Part shown: piece by piece, positions 63,486 through 64,000 of the stretch
Numbering within the stretch: the stretch's first letter is position 1
Layout: each line of letters starts with the position of its first letter
Assembly (NCBI GenBank): GCA_942493235.1
Contig: OW818676.1
Location: forward strand, 2,692,001-2,756,000
Direction: 5' to 3'
Length of the DNA: 64,000 nucleotides
Source: an uncultured bacterium
Lineage (GTDB): Bacteria > Bacteroidota > Ignavibacteria > Kapaibacteriales > UBA2268
Translations under genes and position numbers: made by a program
Notes under the pieces: generated by a model
Database searches by the model: none
Seen by the model: only the letters and a program-made list of their open reading frames with translations
Told to the model about the DNA's origin: nothing

Positions 63486-63983
63486 TTACAATTCATAATA
63501 TGAACAATTAAATTTAAATTCAAAATAAATAGTTAAATTTTCAATATTATCATTAGCGGTTATACTTTCGGGATATACTGTTATCCAGCCATCGCCACTA
63601 TCTTCATTTAATTGAGAAATATATGGGAATGATAATATTTGATTATAATCTTGATTATTTGAATTACGATAGCTCCATTTTAAGCCATTTAATGTAACTC
63701 CGTTATTAGTAAAGCTTTGCTCTATCAAGTTAATTATAAATTTTGAATTTGCTTGACCAATCATGTGAAAGACAGCTTTATAATCTGCACCTAATGGCTT
63801 TGTTTGCCCGGCAGAGATTTTCCCTACATTCAATTCCAGAACATCGTTTTCCATATAAAGCAATTTAACCACTTCTGCTTTAAAAGTAATCCTTGCAGTT
63901 GCTCCACCGTTATTATCATTTACTACTTTTACAAGTTGCTGACCATCAGTAGCAAAGCATAATAAGCTATTAATTAACATCAT
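63486..63983 (-). CDS. hypothetical protein, possibly N-terminally incomplete at the window edge
   Basis: ORF only. No recognisable motifs. Confidence 0.3.
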   Translation of the reverse strand: MMLINSLLCFATDGQQLVKVVNDNNGGATARITFKAEVVKLLYMENDVLELNVGKISAGQTKPLGADYKAVFHMIGQANSKFIINLIEQSFTNNGVTLNGLKWSYRNSNNQDYNQILSFPYISQLNEDSGDGWITVYPESITANDNIENLTIYFEFKFNCSYYEL

Positions 63984-64000
63984 TACTATTAAAACTGATA

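Overview
This is an AT-rich bacterial chromosomal window of roughly 33-35% GC by eye. Its gene content looks FCB-group (Bacteroidota/Ignavibacteriota-like): a type IX secretion C-terminal sorting tail on a glycosidase, a TonB-dependent receptor paired with an HmuY-like lipoprotein, miropin-like lipoprotein serpins, and an IS21 element. Positions 1-23 kb are mostly housekeeping genes: panB, tyrS, an LptD-like outer-membrane protein, queD-folE, rnhB, pyrC, a Memo-AMMECR1 fusion, cca, gyrB, xseB, an inositol monophosphatase, dapF and recQ. Positions 23-64 kb are accessory-like. They hold an operon of three unknown proteins (one RGG/SR-rich), a 940-aa Cys-rich TolB-like/OmpA-like protein, pckA, an nfeD-flotillin pair, an IS21 element inserted into a decayed HNH-like ORF, a four-subunit 2-oxoacid:ferredoxin oxidoreductase, an MBOAT acyltransferase with a partner protein and pbpC, cstA, an arsenic island (arsR-arsC-arsM-acr3), two tandem lipoprotein serpins, a TonB receptor, and a giant OmpA-family protein with a TPR partner. 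Intergenic space carries three unexplained repeat families: a ~290-bp element in three copies, an ~80-bp long-stem hairpin in three copies, and small GC-rich palindromes. There are also a 23-bp x5 tandem array inside the IS21 end and a 15-bp x10 tandem array in front of the giant OmpA gene. I recognised no tRNA, rRNA or CRISPR array. All calls rest on motifs read by eye in the supplied ORF translations; no database search was possible.
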